Part shown: one piece after another, positions 50,150 through 64,000 of the stretch
Numbering within the stretch: position 1 is the first letter of the stretch
Layout: every line of letters starts with the position of its first letter
Source of the DNA: Nymphaea colorata
Taxonomy: Eukaryota
DNA length: 64,000 nt
Reading direction: 5' to 3'
Assembly (NCBI RefSeq): GCF_008831285.2
Contig: NC_045138.2
Span: 1,488,001-1,552,000, forward strand
Made by a program: the position numbers and the translations under genes
Notes under the pieces: generated by a model
What the model saw: only the letters and a program-made list of their open reading frames with translations
Databases searched by the model: none
Told to the model about the DNA's origin: nothing

Positions 50150-50467
50150 AGAGCCTTTCAGGTCAACCAATAAGTAAATAATAACATTTTGTTGGACTGT
50201 ATGGGCAGTTGCCCACACATGCGGACCACAGAGCCTTTCAGGGTCAACCAATAAGTAAATAATAACATTTAGTTGGACTGTATGGGCAGTTGCCCACACA
50301 TGCCGACCCCAGAGCCTTTTAGGGTCAATCAATAAGTAAATAATAACATTTAGTTGGACTGTATGGGCAGTTGCCCACACATGCTGATCCCAGAGCCTTT
50401 CAGGGTCAACCAATAAGTAAATAATAACATTTAGTTGGACTGTGTGGGCAGTTGCCCACACATGCCG
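50150..50467. repeat. 81-bp tandem repeat x4
   Basis: Unit AGAGCCTTTCAGGGTCAACCAATAAGTAAATAATAACATTTAGTTGGACTGTATGGGCAGTTGCCCACACATGC.GACC starts at ~50150, 50230, 50311 and 50392. Confidence 0.95.
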
Positions 50468-50787
50468 ACAAGTGACTTCACCCCTGCCATCAACTCGACC
50501 TGCTATGCAATGCCATTCAAGGCAGGTTCAAAGTTTTATACAATTGGTGAGGTGACCTCAAGGTAAGTAAAGCAAGTTTCACCAACTAGGCATCACACCA
50601 AAAGTATTTTTTCCTTAATTATCTAATTAAACAAGTCCATAATGTATAACAGAGTTGTCCTTTTTCTATTATTTGCATGGTTGTGTATGTGTGCATTTAA
50701 CATGCATAAGCAAGCATTTTACTAAAGTTTAACCCCATTTAATTATTTTAATTATTTGTTGATTAAGCCCAAATGGTTGATAGGACC

Positions 50788-51222
50788 TAGGGATGTCAAT
50801 ATATCTGATTTGAATCGGGTATCCGACTGATCTGATACGAAAAAAATCGGATATGGAAAAAATTTTAATACCCAATTAAGGAATCAGATTAGATTCCGAT
50901 TTAATAAATGGCATCCGATTGGATTTGGATTCGGATATACATAAATATCTGATTGGATTTGGATCGGATTTATTTTTAGATAAATATCCAGTATCTAATG
51001 CTATTAAATTTTGAAAATTGGCAAAATCCGGTTCAAAATTTGGATTCAGATATAAATATAAAAATCATATTTGGATTGTAAAATTGGATTTTAGATTTGG
51101 ATTCGGATATGACTTTTCGTTATTCGAATTTGAATTAGAAGTCGAATTAGAATTAGAATTCGAATATGAACATATGAAGCAGATATGATCAAAGTTATAT
51201 ATCCGATCAGTTGATATCCTTA
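50788..51222. mobile_element. hAT-type MITE family B, copy inverted relative to 2589-3018
   Basis: TAGGGATGTCAA...TTGATATCCTTA, 8-bp flanks ATAGGACC/GTAGCACC (6/8). The body is the reverse complement of the 2589 copy. Confidence 0.8.
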
Positions 51223-51808
51223 GTAGCACCACAGTAAACTTCTGCATATGAATCACTTGTTTTTCTTGCAAGAGCTAAGAATATAATTATATAAGGATGT
51301 TTGATTAAAGGAACATTGTGCTCTTATAACATATGTTTTTAGAAGACTGCTTAAAAAAATATTATGTTCTTATTATAAGAATTATAATGTGACAATGTGA
51401 TTAAGTCTGGCATTTGACAGCACCATCTATAGCAAACTCGTATTAATGGATCTGATATAAGTAGATCTAGCTGAATAAAAGTAATACTGAATACAAACTC
51501 AAAGTATGGATTTGAATCCAGATGGGGGAACACTTTGCGGATCTGAATCTGTCCATTAATCAGATACAGCTTGCTCTACAAAATATGATTATATGTCTCA
51601 TGTTCAATCTTGTACTTGATCCGAACTGGGTCCATTGACAACCTTGGAGATGACGACTACACCAACAATCATAATAAACTTTAATATACAACCGTGTTTG
51701 CCATCAATCAAAGACGTGCTTCACATGATTTAAACGCTTTGTTATGCACAAAATATATATCAAAGTACTTAGTGTTTCTAATTCAGGTGAATCTTAGCTA
51801 GGGTCCTA

Positions 51809-52605
<797 letters not shown>

Positions 52606-53277
52606 ATGGGTTGTGTCTCTGTTTGGGTCCAATCCAACACTAGGAACATAGCTCCATTTTGTATTGGAATTTAGATCTCATAATAAGGATCTTTTTTGAA
52701 TTTAGATTTACCTTTTGCATATACATCAAAAGATTAATTCGTATAAAATACAAATTTTTCATAAAACCCTTGTCTTTTTCGTAAAAAAAAAAGTGATTTC
52801 TTCTGAAATTACAAGAAAAAAAAGACTAAACAAGTGAAAATTTCCCTGATAATAATAGGGAAAAAAGGAGGATTAACAAATCCGGGTACGGGTCTACAAA
52901 CCGAGTGTACGAACCCGACCCGTTTGCAGGCGTGCGTTATCATTGCGCAACGACGTCACGGCAATCGCAACGGAGCTGCGACCTTTTATTTTATTCCCTT
53001 ATAAAAAAGTCAAAGTCAACGGAAACATTCCATTTTCTAGAAAGCTTAAATTTGTCCGCAAGTACAAAGAATATTAAATAACTGCCCCTATTTTTTAAAA
53101 AAAATTATTCTTTTCCTTTGGTGGACTTTTCTCAGGTCATAGGTTTTAGCTTTCCGATGCAATAGTGCGGGGACTGGACGCCGTTGAGAAAGCCATGTTT
53201 CCGGAAACGCCCTCAATAACTTCAAAAATGACCGAAACCGTTTTTTTAGCACCACAATATGGAATTGCAAGCGCCGC

Positions 53278-53590
53278 CAAGTTCAGTCAATTTGAGTTGG
53301 AGAATAGCTCGAGCTGGACTCAGCAGTTACGTCTTTAGTTTGAGCTCGACTTGGTTAAGGTTCGACAAACTCGTACACTCACTTGGATATGTCGACTTGA
53401 TTAAAACTCGACAAACTCGATTAAGGCTGGAGCTCCATTTGGTAGTTACGTGTTGAGCTCGAACCCAACTCGATTAGTTGAACAAGTCGACTCATGAACT
53501 CGAGTTCGACTCATTAAGCAAATAACTCGTCTCGAACTCGTTCAAGAGCCGAGCTTTAACGAGTCTAGCTCGACTAGTTATTCACCCCTA
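53278..53590. mobile_element. hAT-type MITE family A, partial copy
   Basis: Ends TATTCACCCCTA; body is colinear with 13129-13630. Confidence 0.72.
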
Positions 53591-54612
53591 GCTGCGGAGG
53601 CATAACTCAAATGGGTGGATTTAGGAGTACATTATGAGCTATGCTCCTTTATAGTGGAAGAGATGAGTTATACGTGCAAGTTGAAGCACATAGAGATCTC
53701 GTCCATATGGTACCAACGTAGCCTTGAATCCTCGAAACAAAAATATTAATGCACAGGGAGCTGCTTTTAATCAAACTTATACAAAACAAATGTGATTTAT
53801 GCAGCTAATTAGAAAAATAAAAACCTTTAATTGCGTTTTGAAAATAATCAAAGCCCCTCTCAGTTTTTCTTTCACAAGGAGTCCATCCTCTCTTGTTGTT
53901 TTTTATTAAGTTGAATTGCTTATACATATATAATGAAATTATGAATAACAAATAACTTCAAAATATTTAGATAATATAATAAAATTAGTATACAACTTTG
54001 TAATATCCTTGTTGTATATACCAACAAGTAAACTAAATTGATTTCCCACCAATTCAATTAAAATTTACCATTTAAAACCAATTTTGTTAACAACAATCGC
54101 CTACAACATCATTATTTCATAGAGACATCATCGAATCTTGTATTATGGCACATTTGAGTGAGTTTCTTTGCTTTCGAATCATGCTCTTAGTGTCAAATTC
54201 TTGATCCCTTTGGACTTGAAGTGGTAATATGCACCTAAACACATAGACAGATATCTCCCCACAAATGTAATAATAAAAAAAAGTAAATAAGTTCAAACAT
54301 ATTAAATATTGTGTTTTGATATTTATGACACTATTATTGATAGCATTGGGATATGTTCAAAGTTTATAAATATCTAAAATCTTGTGTTGTCACTGGAAAT
54401 CTTGAATTTTTTAATCAAAAGTAACAAATAAGTTCAAAAGTATCCTCAATATTTGTCAGTATGGCATGTCTAAGGCAAGAAAAGGAAAAAGTAGATTCAT
54501 TTGGCTTATTTTAGCCATCATAGTTCATCATTTACCTAAAAAAACAAATGCTTCACCTTAAACAACCTTGAGAGGAGTTCCACTCATAACCAAAAGTTGC
54601 GTTTGCTAGAAA

Positions 54613-54778
54613 TGACTCGGCAGTTACATGTTGAGATCAAACTCAATTCGATTATTTGAATGAGTCGACTCATGAACTTGAACTCGACTAGTTAAGCAAA
54701 TGAATCAACTTGAACTTGTTCATAAGCCAAACTTTAACGAGTCAAGCTCGAGTAACTTAGACTTGTTGTTCACCCTTA
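54613..54778. mobile_element. hAT-type MITE family A, 3' fragment
   Basis: GGCAGTTACATGTTGAG...GAGTCGACTCATGAACT...TTGTTCACCCTTA. Confidence 0.65.
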
Positions 54779-55322
54779 GTTGACTCAGGTAGGTGGGCGA
54801 ACGTGAAAGTCATCCCTCTTGTGCCAACAGAGGAGAACCAATGTACTAGCTGACATGCATGAGTTCTTCATAAAAAAAGTATTAGTGGTGGAGCTATGAG
54901 TTTTTGGATGAGAAATACTCGAGTCACCAACATAGGTCCGATGTGCGCGTGCCATGTATATTTCATGAAAATGTCTTTTTATCTTTTGGATGTTCTCTCT
55001 ACAATTCTTTAATTATACATAATTTTTTTGAAGTCTTATTAAATCTACTTAACTATTAATTTTACTTTTACTTAAAAAGGATTTGAAATTAACTAACTCT
55101 CTATTTATATTATCCCAAGAAAGGCCTTCAAATTTTCTCAATTCAATTCACTGCCTACTAAGTCAATGTGGAGAGAACCAAAGGCTTGACCAAAGCAGTC
55201 GAGTCATTTGTAGTTTTATTAAGGGCAACATTGTCTTTTTAAGTTTGGACAAGGAAAGCTAACGACTGCTGCGCGTCGTCGCGTTAACGTAACGAACAAC
55301 TCTGCCCGCCCTTCCTCTTTCC

Positions 55323-55329
55323 TATAAAT
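55323..55329 (+). promoter_or_regulatory. TATA box of the pyruvate kinase gene
   Basis: TATAAAT followed by a CT-rich leader and AAACCCTA (telo-box-like) about 155 nt upstream of the ATG. Confidence 0.5.
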
Positions 55330-55478
55330 TCCTCGCTTCCTCTCTCTCCATCTCGTCCGTCGATCTTCTCTCTTCGTAAGCGCGTCTGAAAACCCTAGAT
55401 TTTCTGTTCCGTCGTCTTCGCCGAGAGTTTGTATCACAGACTGGTCGATCGCTCGATCTGTCTGCAGTAGGTCGCAAG

Positions 55479-58400
55479 ATGCAAGGAGGGCAATTGTTGA
55501 TGGAGGAGTCGCTCCGGCTCGCCTCCGTTCTGACTCCTTCGAAGCAAGTAAGGTTTTTGCTTTTCAGTCTTCTATTGTCTCTTATTTGATTTTCGAAATT
55601 CATGGGGTGCTCCGTTGGTCCTTTTGTTTCTCTCTGTATTTCCATGATCTTGGTACTTTCATTGCGCTTTAGCCTTTATGAAACGTAGGTAGTACACGAA
55701 ATTGCTGTTTTATAAAACGTGTTGTTTGTATTCCGTCTTTGTTTTTGTTTTGCCTTTCTCTGTTTTCTGCAAGCGGCCAATATTTTCTTTTTCCCAATAG
55801 GGTGACCGGTTTGGATGAGTGCTTTGCTACTGTTCTTCAATTTCTTATCTCGGTTTTTCTTTTGTCTTCTTTCTGTTCTCGTTTTTTATTGAAAACATGG
55901 GGATGTAGCACCTTGTTAGGTTAAGAGGAGGGCCCTGAGTGTGAAACTCTGGGCTTCTGTTGAGGATTTTAATAGGACCCACGTAACCAGGTGACTGACA
56001 CTTTTGTTTGTCCTTTCGGGGTGAAATGTTTGGTCCCCACCAACACACACCTATTTCATTTAATGTGAAACGTGAAATCCTCATCTGATTTTTATTTTCT
56101 TATTGAGTTCTTTTTGTTTTTTTCCCCTTCTAATCTCTAGGGGATTGGTTTTACCTCATATATGTGTTTTTTCTCAATTTTATTGTCAACGGCGGAATTT
56201 CATATTATCTCTTTTTTTTTATTATCAAGTAAAAAGGGATATGATCTATGTAAATATGCCTAGAGGGAACTCTTTTCCTTCTAATATTTTTTTGGATTAT
56301 AACGTGGTGCATTTTTTTAAAGGATTAAAAAAAAAACGATCCGAAACATACCAAAACTTAGGGACTTGGAAAGATGCAGTTTTAGATCCAGCCAACGTGA
56401 CCCAAAGACTAAGCAAAGAAACAGAGCTGAATACCACTGTAAGGTCAGATTGAGCAAATGGGCAGGGTGCTGCTTTTGATTTTTAGCTTTTGCACGGTCG
56501 TGTTTACGCTCTCTGAGTAGCCCTTTTGACTTTCCAGCGTGGTTTGTTTAACTGAATTTGAGTTTGGAGTCGTATTTTTTGTCAAGATACGGCGCAACGA
56601 CTCGTTTCTGTTTTGTCTCATCGTGAAGGTTTTAAGTTACTTTTGAGGTTGAGCCTTAAGTTTGTGACGATAATTCTTGGGTAAAGCATACATCATAAGT
56701 CGATTTCATTGTTTTGTAAGATAGGACGAAAACCTGTTTGTTTTATATATTTTGTTTTGGATAGGATAAGGGTGAAGCCTTCATAAAAAAACTAGCGACA
56801 ATTTAATGTGTACGTGTCCGTGTTCGGATCCATTGTTAAGCGTGTCTGCTCATGTCAAACATGTGGGTGAAACGGTGTCCCTATGATATAGCCTTATGGG
56901 TTGGCGGTGTCTGTTTGTCCACATTGTTGACTTCGTTGTCTGTCGGTCCAATTTTTTATGGTTATCGAATTACGCTTGAGAGTTTCATACGCTTGTGGCT
57001 TCAACGCGGACAAGTTGAACAGTTTCTTTTTTCAGTTGAATCAGTGGAACACTGGAGGCGGGTGGCCTTGACACTTATTCTTGTTCCTCGACATTTTTCA
57101 CGAAGTTATTCTGACTTCTGTACGAGTCTTTCACTGTTACTTCTAATGTTGTTTCCCTATCAAAAAGTAACTCCTGTCAGATTTCACATTCATTTCCACG
57201 CTGCAGGTCTCGTTTTTACGGTCAGACCTTCCCTTTTCCTTCTTTCCCCCTTTTGAAAGCTAAGCTTGGATAAAGTTCATGTGCATGAAATTCAAAATTC
57301 ATAGTCTTTATTAAGATATATCGATTCCTGTTGTTCCGCTATTATGACATTTAAAGTGGCAAATGATCGTGCTTGACAATTTCACCCAATACTTTTTAAT
57401 CTGTTTGTGGAACCACAGTGCTTTTTCCCATCATTGACCAAAATCGTTGGCACACTTGGTCCAAAGACACGCTCGATTGAAGTCATTGAAGAATGCCTTA
57501 AAGCAGGAATGTCAGGTAAATTCCTACTCACTATGGCTATTAAGTGATAATTTAGTGTCAACAAAAAATTGATATCGATTTTGGGCCTTTTGACAGTTGC
57601 ACGTTTTGATTTCTCATGGTTAGACAGCAACTATCATCAAGAAACTCTTGACAATCTAAAGGTGGCCGCAAAAAATGTTAAGAAGCTGTATTCGGTAAGT
57701 TGGTGATTTTTTGCTTGTGTTATGGGTAGATAAATAATTGATGTGGGTGTTCGAGATAACTCTTCAAAGCTTTAAGATAACATATGCATCAAGTTCCTTT
57801 GAGTTCTGACTTTGAATTGCGGGAAGCATATTATACTGTTATTTGCGTATATTAAAGCACGTGGATTTATTATAAGCTTATATTTTCAACGTTTCAGAGT
57901 TCTTTAAAACCTTCACATATTGGCGCAGAACTTATCTGTTTCTGGAAGTTACTATATTTATTTTTGAAGATCACAGGATTTCGTGGGCAAATAGTTTCAT
58001 TTGTTGTCAAACTTTTACTTTTGTTAGTGCACCGGTGAGGGAGTAAACGTGAATATGTTTTCTCAATTCATGTATTTCACTATTTCTTCATTGGATTGTG
58101 AGTTTTTTTTTCCGTGCACTATTTTTAAAAAAGAAGTATTGCGTTTTGGAGTTTGCCGAGGACGGGTTTTCTATTGTCTTTGCTTTGGGAAATACGTTCT
58201 GTATCCTGTCTGTTTCCCTTTATCCATTTTGTCATGATTTCCATATACGAAGCGAAAGAAAGTTTTCAATACAAAAACCATCCATATGTGTCCATAAAGA
58301 TCTTATTCCTTACCCTTTCTAATGAAGTTTTAATTGTAGTATCTTTCTATTTTATTAGGTTATGTTGGACACCTTGGGTCCAGAGATACAGGTGCACAAC

Positions 58401-59035
58401 AAGACCGGCAACCCAATTGACTTGAAAGCTGATGACCATGTCATCCTCACCCCAGATCTCTCAAAAGAACCCTCTGCCATGGTATTACCTGTCAGTTATG
58501 CTGGGCTTGCAGAGGTATGTAAGATGTTACAATTCTTATGGAAAGAACTGAAATGATCTTGTTCCAAGACCCCCCTTTCTCTCTCTCTCTCTCTCTCTCT
58601 GCATAGGTGTTTCTTCTGTGCGTCTGCAGAATCTGTAAGTTCGTGCTTATATCTGTAAGCAATTTTTGTCCTTCTATATGAGATGCAGGTTGTAAAGAAG
58701 GGTGATACTATATTCATAGGACAGTATCTTTTCACAGGAAGTGAAACAACCTCCGTGTGGCTTGAGGTGAATCCTGCAGTGTTGCCTTTTTAAATTGTAT
58801 TACGTTAAGGAAGCTATCTTCTTAGCAAAATGCATCGGTGATGCAGGTCCTGGAGACAAATGGTGCAGATGTTGTCTGTCTTGTAAAGAACAGTGCTGCA
58901 CTTGCAGGTTTTATTTTCACAATGCAGGTCTCTCAAGTTCACATTAATTTGCCCACCCTCTCTGATTTTGATAAGCAGGTATATCGATTCTGGCTTTTCT
59001 TTTGTATATCTAGTTTATGGTTCCTTCACCTCCTC

Positions 59036-59087
<52 letters not shown>

Positions 59088-59376
59088 GTTCTATGCTACA
59101 GTATGCTGGATGTTGTTGGATGGCTATCTGTTGATAAAGAACAGCCGTTGCTTGAGCATTAACAACAGTTTATGTTTATGATGCAGGAATGGTTTATGGT
59201 TTTTTTTTATCAATGCTTTTAGCAATGGTTTTTAAATTTTTTAGCAATCCTGAAACATCCGGCAGATAGCAACATGAGATTTGCACTCTCTCTCTCTCTC
59301 GATATATATATATATATAAATCAACCGGCTACCTCTATGATTGGATGTCTCTTTCTTTCTCTCTTTCTCTCACTCA

Positions 59377-59415
<39 letters not shown>

Positions 59416-59651
59416 TATAGAAATCAGCTGGCTACCTCTCTGATTGGATGGTTTTCATTTTGTATCACTAAAAAGTAAAAACTGTTGCTGTCTTGCTGAA
59501 AATGCATTCCATTGCTAAGGTCATGACCAAGCAATTGGCTGTAACTAATGCACTTTTCGCAATGTTTTTTAGCTACACAAAATAAAAAAAACCCATCCGG
59601 GCATACTGGTAGCTGGCTGGTTTCAATTCCTCTCTCTCTCTCTCTCTCTCT

Positions 59652-59694
<43 letters not shown>

Positions 59695-62600
59695 ACACAG
59701 AGTCGCAGACTATATGGACTGATTATAACCCATCTAATCTTAATCAATAGTTTACAATGTGCCGCGTGTAATTTTTTTTTTTTCAGATAGGTGACTGACA
59801 ACTTTTTCTTTCTCTCAAAAAAAAAAAAAAAAACTTTAGATGTGAAACCTTATAAACCATCAATGAAAACATTTGAAGCCATCAATCAAGTATATATATG
59901 TATATATGGACTGAAATAGGTAGTAGAACTATTTGGACTGATTGTGAAGAATCATTCGATGTGTGAAATTATGTTTTCATAAAAGTGAATAGCACATTGT
60001 ATTTTGACTTTGAAAAAGTATCATTTCATGTGGCAGTGGCATCTTCCAAACCATCCGATATCAAATCTGGCTTTCTTTTTCTAGTTGTCTATGCTTTACA
60101 GATTTAATCCTTTTCTTTTTAAATGGGTGAACGGCAATAGTTAGTGACTTCTTTTTAACAATCTTAGCATGCTCGTGTTGTCTCCTGCAATTAACTCTTG
60201 CTTCTCTCTCTCTCTCTCTGTGTGTGTGTTTTTCTTTTAATATCATTGGTTTCAGGTTATTTCAACGTGGGGGTTGCACAATAATGTTGATATCATTTCT
60301 CTTTCATATACACGTCATGCAGAGGATGTGAGAGAGGTACGTTTTACTTTTACGGAGATCCTCAAGGATAAGTTTGAGTTTGGCTTCATAGGTTGGCAAC
60401 ATCTGCATTGATGTGTATACATCAATTGATGGGTGCTGCATGCATAAAAGATTATATTGCTGGTGTTTGTTCTATTTGTATGAATATTTGATTATGTAAC
60501 TTTCAATGGAATCAAAGTATTGAAGATTTATGAAATCTATCATATTAGGCCGGATAGAAGTGTGTTATAGTGGAGACTGGTTTATAGCACTTCAATCGCA
60601 TTCCCAAAAATACTGAGCTGTCCTATAGAAGCTTGTGTTTTGTGAATTTCTGCATATTTTCAAAATGTTTCAAAGTTTCAATAACTCAAACAGCTATTCT
60701 TGAGTTCATGTTGGACAGTAGGGGATAAAAGAGAGTTTTCTTTGCTTTCTCTATTTCTTCTAGTTTTTGTTCTCTAGGATTGAGCTAGCATGTCATGCTA
60801 TTGAAGTGATAAGATCTTCGTTAGTACTAAGTTGACAACTTGACAGTGCAAGTTCTATCTCGCATTTTGCAGCTCAGAGATTTCCTGCAAAACCAAAATT
60901 TGTGTCATCCCCTGATATATGCAAAAGTCGAAAGTGTTGAGGTAATCTCTTCCTAATGGAAGTTGAGTTTTTTTTTTTTTTGGCTATGTTTGATTTCTTA
61001 CGATTTTTTATTGCTTAAAATTTTCCAGGGTTTAACTCACTTTGATGAAATCCTTGAAGAAGCAGATGGTATCATCCTTTCACGTGGGAATCTAGGAATT
61101 GACCTTCCACCTGAGAAGGTTGGTTGTCCACTTGTCCTGCATAAACGTGTGGAGGCATTATATGCCAGCACCACCCATTTTATCATCTAAATCATTTCAA
61201 TTGTTCTGAAATGAACTTGCCATTTTTAGCCATGATTAGTGTGCCATGCAGATGGAACTTCATATCAGTGAACATCTACTGAATAGCCCTAGCATCTGAT
61301 ACTACTGTATCATTTCAAGCTTTTTCATCTAACTTCATCTGAAGGTTGACATTGGTCTTGCAGGTTTTCTTGTTCCAGAAGTCTGCTGTTCACAAGTGCA
61401 ATATTGCTGGAAAACCTGCAATCATTACTCGAGTTGTGGATAGCATGACTGGAAACCTGCGTCCAACCCGTGCTGAAGCCACTGATGTTGCAAATGCTGT
61501 TCTTGATGGTTTATATCAAGCACGCTTGTTCAGATATTTTATGTCTCCCTTTTACTCCTGCATCTGTAAAGATTAGCTGTCTTTCTTTTCTGCAGGGACG
61601 GATGGCATTTTGTTGGGTGCAGAGACCCTCAGAGGCATCTATCCAGTCGAGACAATTAGAACCGTGGGTAGAATATGTGCTGAAGTATGTTATCAGACTT
61701 TTACATTCTGTACAGTGTGATTTTCATTTGTTACTGGATAAATAAGCTACATCTTGGGACATCTTTCGGCAAATAAACTTGATTATTATGATTCATTGTC
61801 GCAATGCATATTGGTTCATTGCCTCTACAGATGTACCATTTAAAAAACAAATCTAGCATGATCTTCTTTTTTCACCTCTTCGAGAAGAATGGGTTTTGTG
61901 TTAGAAGACCTTGATATATGTATGCATATGTGATGGAGAGAATCTTTTTTACAGGCTGAAGTTGTTTGCAATCAGTCATTTCATTTCAAGAAAATAATCA
62001 AACATGTTGGTGAGCCAATGTCGCATGAGGAGTCAGTTGCTTCATCAGCGGTAAAGCACTAGTTAATAATTCCTGTGCTACGTGTTCCATATTTGGTAAC
62101 TGATTTCTTTTGTTGTGGAACAGGTCCGTGCTGCAACCAAAGTTAAAGCCGCTGTGATTGTTGTATTCACATCTACTGGGAGAGCAGCAAGGTCATGTTT
62201 TAATCCTTCTCCCTGAAAATGTGACATGGGGGAAATGACAAATGCTTTTGGTCTAACCCTTGAAACATTTGTTGTTGCAGGTTGATTGCAAAGTATAGGC
62301 CTAGCATGCCTGTATTAGCTGTTGTGATTCCAACTCTCATGACCAATTCACTGAAATGGACCTTTTCTGGTTCAACTCAGGTATAATTTCGAATTCAAGT
62401 GCACCTTAATGGCTGTTTCATGCTTTAAGTCTACTTTGATAATGCAGGCAAGGCAGTGTCTTGCAGTTCGAGGTGTCTACCCCATTCTGGCCACTCCTGC
62501 CCGTCTGGTAATGCTCTGAGCAAGGAAGTTTTACTTGGCCTTTTTTGTACTATTCATTTCGAGATTTACTCTATTTTAACTCAAAAAAGAAAGGATCACA

Positions 62601-63309
62601 TAGACAAGTGTTACTTCAGGGTTCTTTCCGTTTCTTCCTGATGCCTTTTCTAGAAGCTTTATGTGGCTATCACATTGTGGACATCTTATGTCGCCATCTG
62701 ATAAGCTCTATAAGATTAATGCTCACATCATGTGAATTATACTTAAGCCCTTTTATTTCATGTTGAAATGAAAATTATCTTGTAGGCATGAATTTCTCAT
62801 TCTCTGGAATCAGAATTAGCGAACATCTGTTGACTTGTCATTCTCATTGCTACTTTTGAAGTACCTTTTTTTCCCAGAGGAAAGGAAGGTTTTTTTTTTT
62901 TTTTTGGGGTGGGGGCGTGTGGAGGTTTTATGTTTGTTAAGGACAATTTATTTCTGTTAAACAGCTTGTGTTGCTATTGTCAAATGTTTCATCACAATCT
63001 TATTTGTCAAGGTCTGGATGAGATTTTAAGTCATGGAGGTGAGGTCCAAGGATAGTTTATGTTATGTATTACTGTGCTGCTAGCTGAGGATCACACAAGA
63101 CACACTGCATACATGATTTTGGGGTTTTCCTTATTCCAATTGGTTTCCTGTTGTAGGATGGTCCTGCCATCTCCACTGAAGAGTCTGGGCTCGCTCTTGC
63201 AATTGAACATGGCAAAAGGGTTGGACTAGTCAAGCCACACGACCGGATCGTTGTCTTTGAGAAAATTGGCGATTCATCTGTCGTCAAGATTGTTGAAGTT
63301 GACAACTAA
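55479..63309 (+). CDS. Cytosolic pyruvate kinase (plant 16-exon subclade), ~526 aa
   Basis: Exons 55479-55547, 57419-57515, 57597-57694, 58359-58514, 58689-58766, 58847-58978, 60256-60336, 60873-60941, 61029-61118, 61364-61508, 61596-61684, 61955-62050, 62124-62191, 62281-62380, 62448-62507, 63157-63309 (1581 nt). Motifs [66 protein letters not shown]. Confidence 0.95.
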
Positions 63310-63718
63310 GACGAACTATATATTTTTGTAACAAATAGCTATGGCGATTGTCGATGCCTCCTAAATTTTGGCTCCAATTTTTTCTTTACCTCCTCAATAG
63401 CTTATGTTTATAAATGAGGAGATCTAGAAGCCCCTTTTTGGCGGCCTTGCAAGCTTATAGAGTCTCTCAATTCTTTTTGTTGCTCCATTCCCATGGGAAG
63501 TTGGTGCTAAAGCATTTAGTACATTTTTTGACCGACATTCATAATTTTTGTGCTAATCAAAGTTATATATTCTCTTGATTGAAAAGCTCCACATCTGTAA
63601 CTCATCACTCTTTAAGAGAGACACAGGAGGGGAGGAGACGTATGTTCTGAACTGTAATCCTTTTTCTTTAGTCAATTATAATCCCAATATTTCTTATAAA
63701 TAAACAGGGGGGAATTTT

Positions 63719-64000
63719 CTAGCTGGGTTCCTTGAAGAAGACAACATACATTGCGCAGCAGATGGTGAATATGATTATCGCCACATCAATCGTGATGGCA
63801 GTAAGAGCCTGGTCGCTGAGCTTCATGTTCTTCCCGCCAAGCCTGTCAACCATGTCAGGAACAGACTCCCAGTTCTTCACGTCTTGTTCGTAAGGGTCCT
63901 CTAGTCTCAGCTTCATCCTTTCAGCTTGGCGGCTTGCAGCTTCCTGAGCCAAGCTCCAGTCATAGAACCGTCGTCTCTCTTCATTACTCAAGACATCATA
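63719..64000 (-). CDS. ndhT: NAD(P)H-quinone oxidoreductase subunit T, chloroplastic (J-domain NDH subunit), 3' part only
   Basis: YDVLSNEERRRFYDWSLAQEAASRQAERMKLRLEDPYEQ...PDMVDRLGGKNMKLSDQALTAITID, then a C-terminal TM segment and FKEPS. This matches the recalled end of NdhT/CRRJ; the gene runs off the window. Confidence 0.88.
   Translation of the reverse strand, partial: YDVLSNEERRRFYDWSLAQEAASRQAERMKLRLEDPYEQDVKNWESVPDMVDRLGGKNMKLSDQALTAITIDVAIIIFTICCAMYVVFFKEPS

Noticed and set aside
50150..50467. CRISPR-like array or 122-aa repeat protein
   Set aside because: The units are contiguous with no unique spacers, the context is eukaryotic and there are no cas genes. The ORF is a by-product of the 81-bp period.

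Overview
AT-rich nuclear DNA of a flowering plant (GT-AG spliceosomal introns, MITEs, long (TA)n/(GA)n microsatellites); the repeat style suggests an early-diverging angiosperm such as a water lily, but that is only an inference. I reconstructed eight protein-coding genes by hand, and the spliced exon lengths of each complete model sum to whole codons: a TSJT1/Wali7-like (DUF3700) gene (-), a RimP/DUF150-like gene (+), a clade II serine carboxypeptidase-like gene (+), a trichome birefringence-like (TBL7-like) O-acetyltransferase (+), a TED6/7-like proline-rich membrane protein (+), a PLS-E-DYW PPR protein (-), a 16-exon cytosolic pyruvate kinase (+) and the 3' end of ndhT/CRRJ (-, cut by the window edge). 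Intergenic DNA holds several hAT-type and Tourist-type MITE families, two decayed LINE fragments, and local tandem and inverted duplications. The most striking unannotated structure is a ~1 kb mosaic of plastid DNA in TBL intron 3. It joins decayed pieces of psbB, ndhB, trnS(UGA) and psbN/psbH that are not adjacent in plastomes. Also notable: a foldback/template-switch rearrangement upstream of the TSJT1-like gene, a 158-bp TG...CA palindromic element, and a duplicated exon/intron boundary whose copy lacks the GT donor. I found no convincing evidence of a wholly new biological system; all family assignments rest on recalled motifs, not database searches.
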